Below, in pieces: positions 41,793-50,082 of a DNA stretch of 56,517 bases; position 1 is the stretch's first letter; every line of letters begins with the position of its first letter. The position numbers and the translations under genes are program-made. Below the pieces are notes generated by a model. The model made no database searches. It saw only the letters and a list, made by a program, of their open reading frames with translations, and was not told the origin of the DNA. Location of the stretch: the NCBI GenBank assembly GCA_002371755.1, contig DFGM01000142.1, forward strand, positions 1-56,517. The letters are read 5' to 3'. The DNA is from Verrucomicrobia bacterium UBA3750. GTDB lineage: Bacteria > Verrucomicrobiota > Kiritimatiellia > RFP12 > UBA1067.

Positions 41793-43253
41793 TCAATTCA
41801 CGCACAGGTCTTCGCTGCGGTCGCTAGGGATAAGGTTGCGTTTCATGACCCGGGCGGTCGATTCGCGCATTTCCTTTGCGTCCACAATCACCTTGATGTC
41901 CCATTCGTTGCCGCGATCCAGCCCGAAGCACACGAATCCATCCCTGCACGAATCGACGAGCTCCACGAGATGCCGGAGATTGCGCACCTTCACCCCGTTG
42001 ACGCTCCGCACCAGCGATTTGTCACAGCCTATATACCCCTCGATGCACTTGTCGGCGAAGCAAAACGAAATCACGACGGCCTCTTCATGGTCGAATTCCT
42101 TGTCACGGAATAGATCGTCGTGGAATTTCGCGTCCGACTGCACCATGTAGTCGAGCGAAATTGTCGTAAACACAAAGCCTCCATACACGAAATAGTCGGG
42201 CTTTTCATCATACATCCACCCGCGGATTGGCGGATTCTTCTTCATGGCCGTAATGGAGGTTTCAACGACGGCGCCGTCGCGATACACTTTCACAGGTATC
42301 TTCTCCCCTATCTGGCGGACATAGAGAGGATAGTAAAGCGAACGAGGTTCTCCTCCCTTGAGGCGGATTCGGCCGTTGTTGGAGACCTTGTATCCATCAA
42401 CCTCAAGTATAATATCATCCGTGCGAATCGAATCTGTTCCCAAGACCGAGGCAACATCCTGGACAATTACGCCCGTACGCCCCGAATCCATCTTATAATA
42501 GCGCCGTTTCGCAGGGCTTTCCATTTGATCCTCCGAAAACAATAAATCAGGAAAACCATCTACTCTCCCATCCCGAATGTCTACAAGGAAGTGCCGTATG
42601 ATGTCCGAAGGAATGATGAACCCAAGAGCCTCTCCTTCCTCCTTGCCAAGGCCCTGGAACGCAATGCCGGCAATTTTCCCGCTTCTCATATCCAGCACAG
42701 GGCCTCCGCTATTGCCAGGGTTGATGGCCGCGTCAACCTGGATTCCAAGAAGATACGTCCAGCCATGGGAATAACTGATGTCCTCTATGCGGGAGACAAT
42801 GCCGCGCGTATAGGAAATATCCTCGCCGCCAAGTGGATAGCCGACGGCCAGCACATCATCCTGCACATGCGGCGTTTCGCCTATCTCCATGGGTTCAATA
42901 CCCTCCATGAACGCGGGATCGTCGACTCCGACCAGCGCCAGGTCGGCATCATTGTCTACAAATTTAACCGAACCATGGTAGAGCGTGTCTTCGTTGTGCT
43001 TGCGAACACGGATATAACAGGAATCCGTCACGCAGTGGGCGCAGGTGAGGATAAGCCCCCTGTCAATTACTGCACCCGATCCGGTCCCGCCTGACGTGCG
43101 ATTGGCCCACGGACAGCAGATATCCGGCTTGGCGGTCGTAACCTCAAGTTTGACGACTGCGTTGAGCGGATTGATTTCGCCATCCTGGACTGCCGCTTCC
43201 TGTGCAAACCCAGGCATTGCCGCAGCGACCAAACCTGCAACCATAGTTCTCAT
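41793..43253 (-). CDS. secreted Deg/HtrA-type trypsin-like serine protease with C-terminal PDZ-like region
   Basis: 486 aa. Signal peptide. Catalytic His (LTCAHCV), Asp (DADLALV) and Ser (GNSGGPV). Confidence 0.85.
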   Translation of the reverse strand: MRTMVAGLVAAAMPGFAQEAAVQDGEINPLNAVVKLEVTTAKPDICCPWANRTSGGTGSGAVIDRGLILTCAHCVTDSCYIRVRKHNEDTLYHGSVKFVDNDADLALVGVDDPAFMEGIEPMEIGETPHVQDDVLAVGYPLGGEDISYTRGIVSRIEDISYSHGWTYLLGIQVDAAINPGNSGGPVLDMRSGKIAGIAFQGLGKEEGEALGFIIPSDIIRHFLVDIRDGRVDGFPDLLFSEDQMESPAKRRYYKMDSGRTGVIVQDVASVLGTDSIRTDDIILEVDGYKVSNNGRIRLKGGEPRSLYYPLYVRQIGEKIPVKVYRDGAVVETSITAMKKNPPIRGWMYDEKPDYFVYGGFVFTTISLDYMVQSDAKFHDDLFRDKEFDHEEAVVISFCFADKCIEGYIGCDKSLVRSVNGVKVRNLRHLVELVDSCRDGFVCFGLDRGNEWDIKVIVDAKEMRESTARVMKRNLIPSDRSEDLCVN

Positions 43254-43305
43254 TTTGGTTTTCCTTTCTGAACATCATTGAATTTCGGTAATACAGTTCT
43301 ACATT

Positions 43306-43336
43306 GATATACGCGTCGCGTCACAGAATCTGACAA
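43306..43336 (-). promoter_or_regulatory. conserved promoter-like motif, copy 2 (upstream of serine protease)
   Basis: Minus strand: TTGTCAGATTCTGTGACGCGACGCGTATATC. 22 of 31 nt identical to copy 1. Confidence 0.45.
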
Positions 43337-43424
43337 ATCCCATGCACGGATTCTCCGCACTTGTATTTTTTACTTGAAAATTGTTTAACAAGTATTTCCT
43401 TTTAGATTCCTCAATTGGATTTCT

Positions 43425-43613
43425 TTTTTAGCCGCAAAGGACGCAAAAGTCGCAAAGAATGTCGGGGATTCGCCTTGCTTTCATCAATTATCGTTTTGAG
43501 ACAAGCCAAGGCACGCCTCACCCATTGGTGAACGGCTTTGAGATCGAATACAACTCTTATAATGTATGATTTCTTGCGAATCTTTGCGGACTTTGCGTTC
43601 TTTACGGCTAAAA
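43425..43613. repeat. 189-bp element bounded by ~36-bp imperfect inverted repeats (MITE/REP-like)
   Basis: Left arm TTTTAGCCGCAAAGGACGCAAAAGTCGCAAAGAATG (43425-43460). Reverse complement of the right arm TTTTAGCCGTAAAGAACGCAAAGTCCGCAAAGATTCG (43577-43613). Each arm carries three GCAAAG-type units. Confidence 0.6.
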
Positions 43614-43681
43614 CAACCGACTGCATTTGCTTCAACTGCGTTTTTTTAATCAGTAGTTTGTCTGGTTCATGCATCCAGACA

Positions 43682-44530
43682 TCACGCTTCCAAGCACCAT
43701 TTCCATGCCGGGACGATTTTGACTCCTTCTGTCGTTCGCTCTTCATCCCATGTCACGACCGTACAATCGTCAACATTGATTTCATCTCTTGCTGTTTTCA
43801 GTGCAGATAATTCGCGGACTTCCGTGTCATGAGAAGTCTTCTCCCATGACACCTGGATCAAACGGCGTTTCTTCGTCACCCTGTCCGTGACAAGAAAATC
43901 CACCTCTTCCCCCTTTTTTGTGTTGTAGTACTCTATTATATTGTCGCCGCGCCGCAAGGCGAGGTAGACAAGATTTTCCAGAAACCATCCACGCGCCGCA
44001 TCGTTTTTCGGCGTCACCGCCCGCGCCAGCCCCGTATCCACCAGATAGAATTTGTCTGGATTCATTCGCCGCACGGAAAGCGAATCCGTATTTATGGGAA
44101 CGCGATATATCAGATAAGCCTGCTCAAGCCAATCGAGGTAGTCTGAAATGTATTCCCGGTTGTCTGAAACCCCAAGACCTTTGAGAACACCTGAAATGGC
44201 ACGTGTCGATATCTTGTGCGCAAAGTTGTGCTTTATGTATTCAAGTGTATAACGCAGCGACTGCACGCTTGGCACATCGTGGCGTTCAATCACATCTCGA
44301 TATAAGACTGCATCCACATAACCTTGAAGCATCTTTGTCCGTATGCGGCGGTCTTCACCCTGGACATCCGGGAAGCCGCCCTCGTCCAGATAGCGTTCCA
44401 TCGCATGGCGCAAGACTCCAGACATTCGCGATGAATATGGCGCGGACGGAACGGATTTCACCAACGAATTGAAGCGAAGGAATTCGGCAAAGGACAAAGG
44501 GAACACCTCTACATCGATCGAACGACCGCG
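43682..44530 (-). pseudogene. 5'-truncated AAA_14/DUF4143-family ATPase gene (only the C-terminal ~280 aa remain)
   Basis: The ORF begins mid-family at ...GRSIDVEVFPLSFAEFL, the motif that normally follows the AAA domain. In-frame stops lie immediately upstream, and no Walker A region is present. Confidence 0.6.
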
Positions 44531-44689
44531 TCAACCATCCTGGCAAACTTTTTAATCCACAATCCATCTATTCTGGCTTAAAAATCTATCCACAACAACC
44601 TGTTTCCTATTCCTCTAACAACTTCAATACACCCACCTCTTTTCCTTAATCCTAAATGCAGCAGTTGAACTTGCAAAAAGTGTTTTCGG

Positions 44690-44851
44690 TCAATATCTAC
44701 TACATGCGTATTGATGAACCGGCGGCATCACCAACCTGGTGAAAAGCTTTGGCGCTGCGCTGGGGGCACGGAATCCGAGCCTGTCGGCAACCGTTGCGCG
44801 GTTTGTGTCCGAGAGTCCGGCATTGGCTCTCGAGTCTTCGACTCGCGCCAT
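44690..44851 (-). pseudogene. possible remnant of an AraC-family regulator C-terminus
   Basis: My translation: MARVEDSRANAGLSDTNRATVADRLGFRAPSAAPKLFTRLVMPPVHQYACSRY. The segment VADRLGF...S...KLFTRLV..PP..Y resembles the second HTH of AraC/XylS proteins (iA..vGF.s.s.Fsr.Fkr..G.sP..Y). No intact upstream domain is present. Confidence 0.3.
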
Positions 44852-45028
44852 GCCGTCCTCTCGTCCACAGCCTGCGGCTTGCTGACAAGTTCAGAGACGG
44901 AAGCGGTTCTGCGGGTCGTCACGGAAGAACACCGAAAGTCCTTGGCGCAAATTCCGGCAGCTTGCGGATTTATCTGTCAAACGCCCAAGATGGGCGTTCT
45001 ACCATGGATACGCGAACCTGTTTGGTAG

Positions 45029-45718
45029 TCAGGTTTGATTTTCACGTTTATGCTTCTCCAGAAAATCAAGCTCTTCAAGAACGGTAGCCACGCCGCGAAT
45101 TGTCGCATTGGCGGGGGCTTCAGCCACATGGACGGGAATGCCCATGGCCGCGGCAAGCCGCCTGTCCAAGCCGGGCAAACTTGCGCAGTCTCCAGTCAGA
45201 ATGAATCCATGCTTCGCAATGTCGGCGACATGTTCGCGCGAAACGCGATGCGTCATAAAATCGGACAGCGAATCCTCTATCCGGTCAAAGACACCTGCAA
45301 GCGCTTCTTCGCGTATCTCGCGGGAGTCAATCCTATAAGTGCGCACGCCGCCTTCGTCGGCATCCTGTCCAAGGACTTCGAAATCAAGTTCCGAATCCAG
45401 CTCCCAGGCGGAGCCGACCTTCGCCTTGACAAGTTCCGCCATTCGCCTGTCGATGCAGCACATGCGCACAGTGCGCATGTACATCATGATGGCGTTATCC
45501 ATATCGTCCCCGCCTATTTTCAATTTCTTGGCGCAAACGCCCCCCTCGCGCGAAACGAGCTCGATTTTCGTTACGCGGGCACCAATGTCCACAAGAAGCC
45601 AGACCTTCGGCCCTTCCTCGCACCGTCTCCCCCTCGATTCCCATTCAAGGAAATCGACCGCGCGGAAAAACCTCTCCAATTTCTCGTCATGCCAGAATAG
45701 TTTTGGGAAAATGCTCAT
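45029..45718 (-). CDS. MreB/actin-like ATPase fragment lacking the N-terminal ~110 residues (possibly a pseudogene)
   Basis: 229 aa, alignable by eye to the MreB region from the phosphate-2 motif to the C-terminus. LLVDIGARVT corresponds to VVDIGGGTT, KIGGDDMDNAI to RIGGDRFDEAI, and FILTGDCASLPGLDRRLAAAMGIPVHVAEAP to [31 protein letters not shown]. The conserved Gly residues are degenerate. Confidence 0.6.
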   Translation of the reverse strand: MSIFPKLFWHDEKLERFFRAVDFLEWESRGRRCEEGPKVWLLVDIGARVTKIELVSREGGVCAKKLKIGGDDMDNAIMMYMRTVRMCCIDRRMAELVKAKVGSAWELDSELDFEVLGQDADEGGVRTYRIDSREIREEALAGVFDRIEDSLSDFMTHRVSREHVADIAKHGFILTGDCASLPGLDRRLAAAMGIPVHVAEAPANATIRGVATVLEELDFLEKHKRENQT

Positions 45719-45748
45719 ACTTGCTTTCCTTTCTATGCGATACTCGCC

Positions 45749-45937
45749 TTACTCAGATATACGATCCTCCCGCAAAATTCTGACAAGGCCTATTCTCGAC
45801 ATGCCTGCCGCCGCATTTTGCAGAATCCGGTGGTTGTCCAGCCTCAAATCAATTCCCGCCTCTGCCAGCACCTTGCGCGCGTCTTTCCTGCCAAGCTTGA
45901 TCAGCCGTAACGCGGTTTCGGAAGACGAGACGAAGAC
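45749..45937 (-). pseudogene. remnant of the 3' end of a second patatin-like gene
   Basis: 45885-45934 is 42/50 nt identical to 47273-47322, the 3' end of the intact patatin gene. It translates to VFVSSSETALRLIKLGRKDARKVLAEAGI..., compared with DTSPETARRLIELGRKDALEALKCAGFLK in the intact gene. No upstream catalytic part is present. Confidence 0.65.
45756..45786 (-). promoter_or_regulatory. conserved promoter-like motif, copy 3 (upstream of the MreB-like fragment)
   Basis: Minus strand: TTGTCAGAATTTTGCGGGAGGATCGTATATC. TTGTCA, 19 nt, TATATC. Confidence 0.45.
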
Positions 45938-45950
45938 TATCTACATACGG

Positions 45951-47213
45951 TCATCTTTCAGACTCTGTCGCATCCCGCCCCTTATCTCCTCCCTTGCGTC
46001 GCCACGGGAGTTTAAAGCGTTTCGCCGCCGGAGGCTGATTTGTTGCGAATCCTTCTGGCACATCTTTCCTATCGTGCTTTCCCAAACGTCCTATCGCATT
46101 CGTGACTGATGCCTTCAAGTCAATCTTCGTAAAGTCGACCTCATCAGCCCGATGCTTCGGTTGGCTACCCAAGCCGACTTTGGGCATCTTATACAAATCA
46201 GGTTCAGCAAGCACCTTTCTTACATGTTCAATGCGCTCGTCATTTACTGGATGTGTACTAAGGAGAGGGATTAATACACTTGGCTTCTGCGGATCAATCT
46301 TTTTAAAACTCTCAAACAGCCTCTCCGCGCCCTCCGGGTCGAATCCTGCGCGCGCAAGATAGCGGACACCCAGTCGATCGGCCTCCAACTCATTACGACG
46401 GCTACGTGGCAAGATGAAACCAACACTTCCGCCAAGACCGTAAGCAAGCCGAACCAACGACACCCCCTCGCCCGAATCGAAAATTGGCATAACCTTCGCA
46501 AGCCATTCCTCAAATGCGACACCACCAGCCGCACCCATCAGCGCAAGCGTCACGGATTCATTCCCGTGCCGCGCCGCAGCATGCCCCAATTCATGCGCAA
46601 GGATGGCCGCCAGAAGCGAGTCATCTGCAATAGCTTTCAGCGTTCCTGTATTCATAAAAACCGTGCCATCAGGAAGGCAACATGCATTGACGGAATCGTC
46701 TCTGAGAATATGTATTTCAGGAATGGAATCAATTTCCGGAACGACGGCAACGAGGCGCTCGACAATTGCTGCAATACGAGCAATATTGTCGGGATTGTCG
46801 TCAAAGAAGCCTTTCTTTTCGCACTCTTCGACATAACGGCGAGCAATGACAGCTTCATCGTTTGCCGATAGGACAAGCATGCGCGTCCGTTTATGCTCGG
46901 GCACTCCGGCGATAAGGCGAGTAGGATGCGCCTTGGCGTTTGCGACGATGTTCAAAGCATCTATCCCCAAAGCCTCCAATTCATCAACAAGTCGTTCCTT
47001 GATGCGCCTTGCCACTTCCTCCATCGACTCAGCACTATGCCAGTCGGGGATTGTAGCTGTTTGATTCTTCGCCGCGGATTGAGATTCCGCGTCCGCGACA
47101 TCAGATGGGGCTTTTATAAAACTATAAAGCGCCCAAACAAATCCTATGAGGACAACCAACCCCAACACCCCTCCCGATAAAGATGCCCCCTTCTGCTTTT
47201 CTGGATTCTCCAT
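45951..47213 (-). CDS. membrane-anchored M48-family zinc metalloprotease
   Basis: 420 aa. N-terminal TM helix (GVLGLVVLIGFVWALYSFI). HExxH in LAAILAHELGHAAARHGNE. Downstream ELEADRLG. Confidence 0.85.
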   Translation of the reverse strand: MENPEKQKGASLSGGVLGLVVLIGFVWALYSFIKAPSDVADAESQSAAKNQTATIPDWHSAESMEEVARRIKERLVDELEALGIDALNIVANAKAHPTRLIAGVPEHKRTRMLVLSANDEAVIARRYVEECEKKGFFDDNPDNIARIAAIVERLVAVVPEIDSIPEIHILRDDSVNACCLPDGTVFMNTGTLKAIADDSLLAAILAHELGHAAARHGNESVTLALMGAAGGVAFEEWLAKVMPIFDSGEGVSLVRLAYGLGGSVGFILPRSRRNELEADRLGVRYLARAGFDPEGAERLFESFKKIDPQKPSVLIPLLSTHPVNDERIEHVRKVLAEPDLYKMPKVGLGSQPKHRADEVDFTKIDLKASVTNAIGRLGKHDRKDVPEGFATNQPPAAKRFKLPWRRKGGDKGRDATESER

Positions 47214-47229
47214 AACGCCTCCTCTTGCA

Positions 47230-48363
47230 TCATTTCAAGAATCCAGCGCACTTCAACGCCTCCAGCGCATCCTTCCTGCCAAGCTCGATCAGCCGCCGCG
47301 CGGTTTCGGGAGAGGTGTCGAACATACCTTCCCAGCCACCGAACGACCCGCCGATGTCTTCGGAAGGTATGATTTCCATGAGTCGGACACCTTTCTTTTC
47401 TGCAGCGCTTCGTACACGATCACGCTGCGCAGGATTGATATGCCGCTCGTCTTTAAGATACACCACGATCACCGTCTTGACTTGTGGATGATTATCAAGG
47501 ATCGGAGCTATTGGCACATTGTCCCCGCCCTTTTCCTCCCATCCGCCATCGACATACGCTTCACCCTTGACGCTGAATGTACCGAAAAACACTGGCACCG
47601 ATGCAGAGGCGCAAATCATTTCAATGCGAGCTTCCGCGTCCTCATTGTTCAACATAAAGACGTCCTTGCGGAATTCATTGCCTGGCAACTTGCGAAGCGC
47701 CGTTGCATATGTCTGCGGAGCGGCATCTTCCCACTTGGCAGGCAGTATTTTGCGGGCGACATCTTGCAGTCCCTTGGTTGCGAGAAATCCGTCTGCCCTG
47801 CCATCATCAAGAAAACCGCACACCGCCGCGCACAAACGGCTGCCGCCATGTCTCAGCAACAACTTCTTGGCGGAAACAGAATAACATCTATCGACAATCT
47901 CGGAAATAATCGACTCCGGGAGAGCATTTGTTGGAATATTCCTTCTCTTCGCTTCTGCTATGATATCCTCTTCAATATGGCGTGTCCTCAACAATGACTC
48001 CCGCTCTCGTTCCTCCGGCGTGCCAAACATCTCAAGCGCATTTGCGCTGACTGACAATATTCCGCCTATCTCATCCAACCAAACGGATCTTATCGCATCC
48101 GTATTCGGAACCGAAGCGAACAACGCCGCATTGATCGCGCCTATGCTCGTCCCTGATATCGCACAAATATCGTCAGCCACATGAGTTTCCTTCAACGCTT
48201 CCCATACACCGACTTCATACGCACCTTTCGCGCCGCCACCGGAAAGGATAAGGCCTATTTGAGACTTGCTGCTAATGCAAGCTGACATACAATTATTCAA
48301 CGCCAGCAACAGCGAGAAAATCACCGCGATAATTATCTTGCTATTCCGCATAAGCGCATTCAT
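47230..48363 (-). CDS. secreted patatin-like phospholipase
   Basis: 377 aa. Signal peptide. Oxyanion GLILSGGGAKGAYEVG, nucleophile elbow GTSIG, and catalytic Asp in YVDGGW. Confidence 0.85.
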   Translation of the reverse strand: MNALMRNSKIIIAVIFSLLLALNNCMSACISSKSQIGLILSGGGAKGAYEVGVWEALKETHVADDICAISGTSIGAINAALFASVPNTDAIRSVWLDEIGGILSVSANALEMFGTPEERERESLLRTRHIEEDIIAEAKRRNIPTNALPESIISEIVDRCYSVSAKKLLLRHGGSRLCAAVCGFLDDGRADGFLATKGLQDVARKILPAKWEDAAPQTYATALRKLPGNEFRKDVFMLNNEDAEARIEMICASASVPVFFGTFSVKGEAYVDGGWEEKGGDNVPIAPILDNHPQVKTVIVVYLKDERHINPAQRDRVRSAAEKKGVRLMEIIPSEDIGGSFGGWEGMFDTSPETARRLIELGRKDALEALKCAGFLK

Positions 48364-48388
48364 AGTTTATTTTGATATCGACATGCTG

Positions 48389-48772
48389 TTAATGTTCACC
48401 GCTGCTTTTGAATATAACTTTATATTTTGGACTTGGGCCTGCTGGCTCCCTAATCCATTCAACTCTATCCGCGTCAACACGGCGCAAACGTTGTGGCTTG
48501 GACTTGGCCAAATCGTCTTTATCATACACCTTCCGATTCGTCCTATTTGGCAGAGAATACAGCGTTGACTTGCCTCTGACAATTCTTACATTGTCATTAT
48601 CAGCGACCATTATTATTTTGATTCCCTCTTCAGCAACATAAGTGCCAGACGGGATGTGTCCGATACGATTGAAATAAATAATGGCAACCACCACAACCGC
48701 TAAAACCGCCACAACCGCGCAGATATTGCGCTTTAAGCAAAAACGTGTAAGAATTCTCGCTGAATCCATCAC
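48389..48772 (-). CDS. N-terminally anchored small protein, unknown function
   Basis: 127 aa. One TM helix (ICAVVAVLAVVVVAIIYF). 4-nt overlap with the upstream gene. Confidence 0.65.
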   Translation of the reverse strand: MMDSARILTRFCLKRNICAVVAVLAVVVVAIIYFNRIGHIPSGTYVAEEGIKIIMVADNDNVRIVRGKSTLYSLPNRTNRKVYDKDDLAKSKPQRLRRVDADRVEWIREPAGPSPKYKVIFKSSGEH

Positions 48773-50082
48773 TTGTCCTCCACATCAGTTGTTATCACAC
48801 TATGTAACGTCACCGCCCCCCCATCTATGTGCACACGCATTTCATGCTCTGGGTCGTTAAGGCTCAATTGTTCTACCTTGGGAACTGCGCCCCTGTAGTT
48901 ACACAGCGTCGCTCTCATCTCTGCCTTAGTGCAAACTCTATTGTCTGTATCAATCGTAAATACAACGAAATTGTCATGTTCGTTCTGCATATATGTTGTA
49001 AACTCGGGCCGATGTTCACTTTCCTCGGTTCTTGGCTCGATTTTGAGATCTGTAGACACCATCGCCCCATCAACCTTTCCGCGGGGCAAGCTCTTAACTG
49101 TCACAACTCCATTATCGTCCGACACTACAGTTAGCACGAGAACACCCGACTTAAACGAAAACGGCTTCCTGTTTTTGCTCTGCAACGGGAAAAATGATTC
49201 CAACATTTCGGAATCGATCGTCCATACGTCGCCTACTTCACGCGTCTCCTGCTGCCCATAGATGGCATAAGTCATCATTTTCGCTTCTGCCTGTGCAACA
49301 CAGAATCCAAGATCAAGTTTAGATTCTTTGGACCACCCTGAAGCGGCACCAGTTCCAACACTTTGCGAACTAATTTTCGCTCTATCATTCGGCGAAAGGT
49401 TCATAAGGAATTCATTTGGAACATCACGGACATCCTTTTTGAAGACATCCATACTATACCGCATATCGGCTTTGAACGCCTCTCTCTGTTTCCAGTCAAG
49501 AAAATACCAACTCAATGAATCCAAGAAATTACCATCGGCCGTAAATATCTCTCTAAACACAAAATCTGCATCCTGCATCTTTTCCGCAATTTCGCGGTTC
49601 GACACCTCTTCACAACGAGGTCCGAACAACACACGACGTAACCATGATGGCTCTGCATCAGTAAAAACAGTCCTACCTGCCGCATCTAATGGCTGAAATG
49701 AGACATCAGCATTGGCATATCTTCTAAAGACAGAACCGGCGTTTTTATTCTCATAATATGCCCCAAACGTTTGGTAATTTAGATAGCATGAATACATCCC
49801 CGAAAAAGGTTTAGAATAATAATGCTCTTCTACTTTCTCTGGATGATCGGCCTCACAAAGCCACAAGGTCCAAAAATGCCTTTCTTTGTGTGCCTTGCGT
49901 ATTTTTTTCACATCTAAGACAATATTATCAAGGCGCATCTCATATCTTGATTCCACGCTGTAATATTTTCCAGGTCGCCACGGCGGGTTGACCTTCCCGT
50001 AATGGATAGAATCCGATGCCATCAGCATGGTTGCCACACTAATGATGGCCGCAGCAAGTGAGAATCTTCTACCTGAGTTCAT
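48769..50082 (-). CDS. secreted protein of unknown function, paralogue B
   Basis: 437 aa. Signal peptide (FSLAAAIISVATMLMA). The C-terminal ~150 aa share GDVW[TV][IV]D and GKVDGA[MT]VSTDL with ORF 52451..53893. Confidence 0.7.
   Translation of the reverse strand: MNSGRRFSLAAAIISVATMLMASDSIHYGKVNPPWRPGKYYSVESRYEMRLDNIVLDVKKIRKAHKERHFWTLWLCEADHPEKVEEHYYSKPFSGMYSCYLNYQTFGAYYENKNAGSVFRRYANADVSFQPLDAAGRTVFTDAEPSWLRRVLFGPRCEEVSNREIAEKMQDADFVFREIFTADGNFLDSLSWYFLDWKQREAFKADMRYSMDVFKKDVRDVPNEFLMNLSPNDRAKISSQSVGTGAASGWSKESKLDLGFCVAQAEAKMMTYAIYGQQETREVGDVWTIDSEMLESFFPLQSKNRKPFSFKSGVLVLTVVSDDNGVVTVKSLPRGKVDGAMVSTDLKIEPRTEESEHRPEFTTYMQNEHDNFVVFTIDTDNRVCTKAEMRATLCNYRGAVPKVEQLSLNDPEHEMRVHIDGGAVTLHSVITTDVEDK

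Noticed and set aside
41546-41827. ORFs 41546..41827(+) and 41581..41805(-) in the 580-bp gap between the protease and nuclease genes.
   Set aside because: They overlap each other and the protease 3' end, and have no RBS or recognisable motif. The AT-rich region at 41470-41525 does contain TTGTCATTATTGGA / TTGCCATTATTGAA direct repeats and a TTGGATA...TATCCAA inverted repeat, which may be regulatory. I could not support a gene.
43411-43810. ORFs 43411..43746(-) and 43538..43810(+). The stretch FDLKAVHQWVRRALACLKTI faintly resembles the N-terminus of four-helix-bundle (23S rRNA IVS-type) proteins.
   Set aside because: Both ORFs run through the inverted-repeat element and are Lys/Phe-rich translations of the GCAAAG repeats. 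The resemblance covers only ~20 residues, which is too weak to call.
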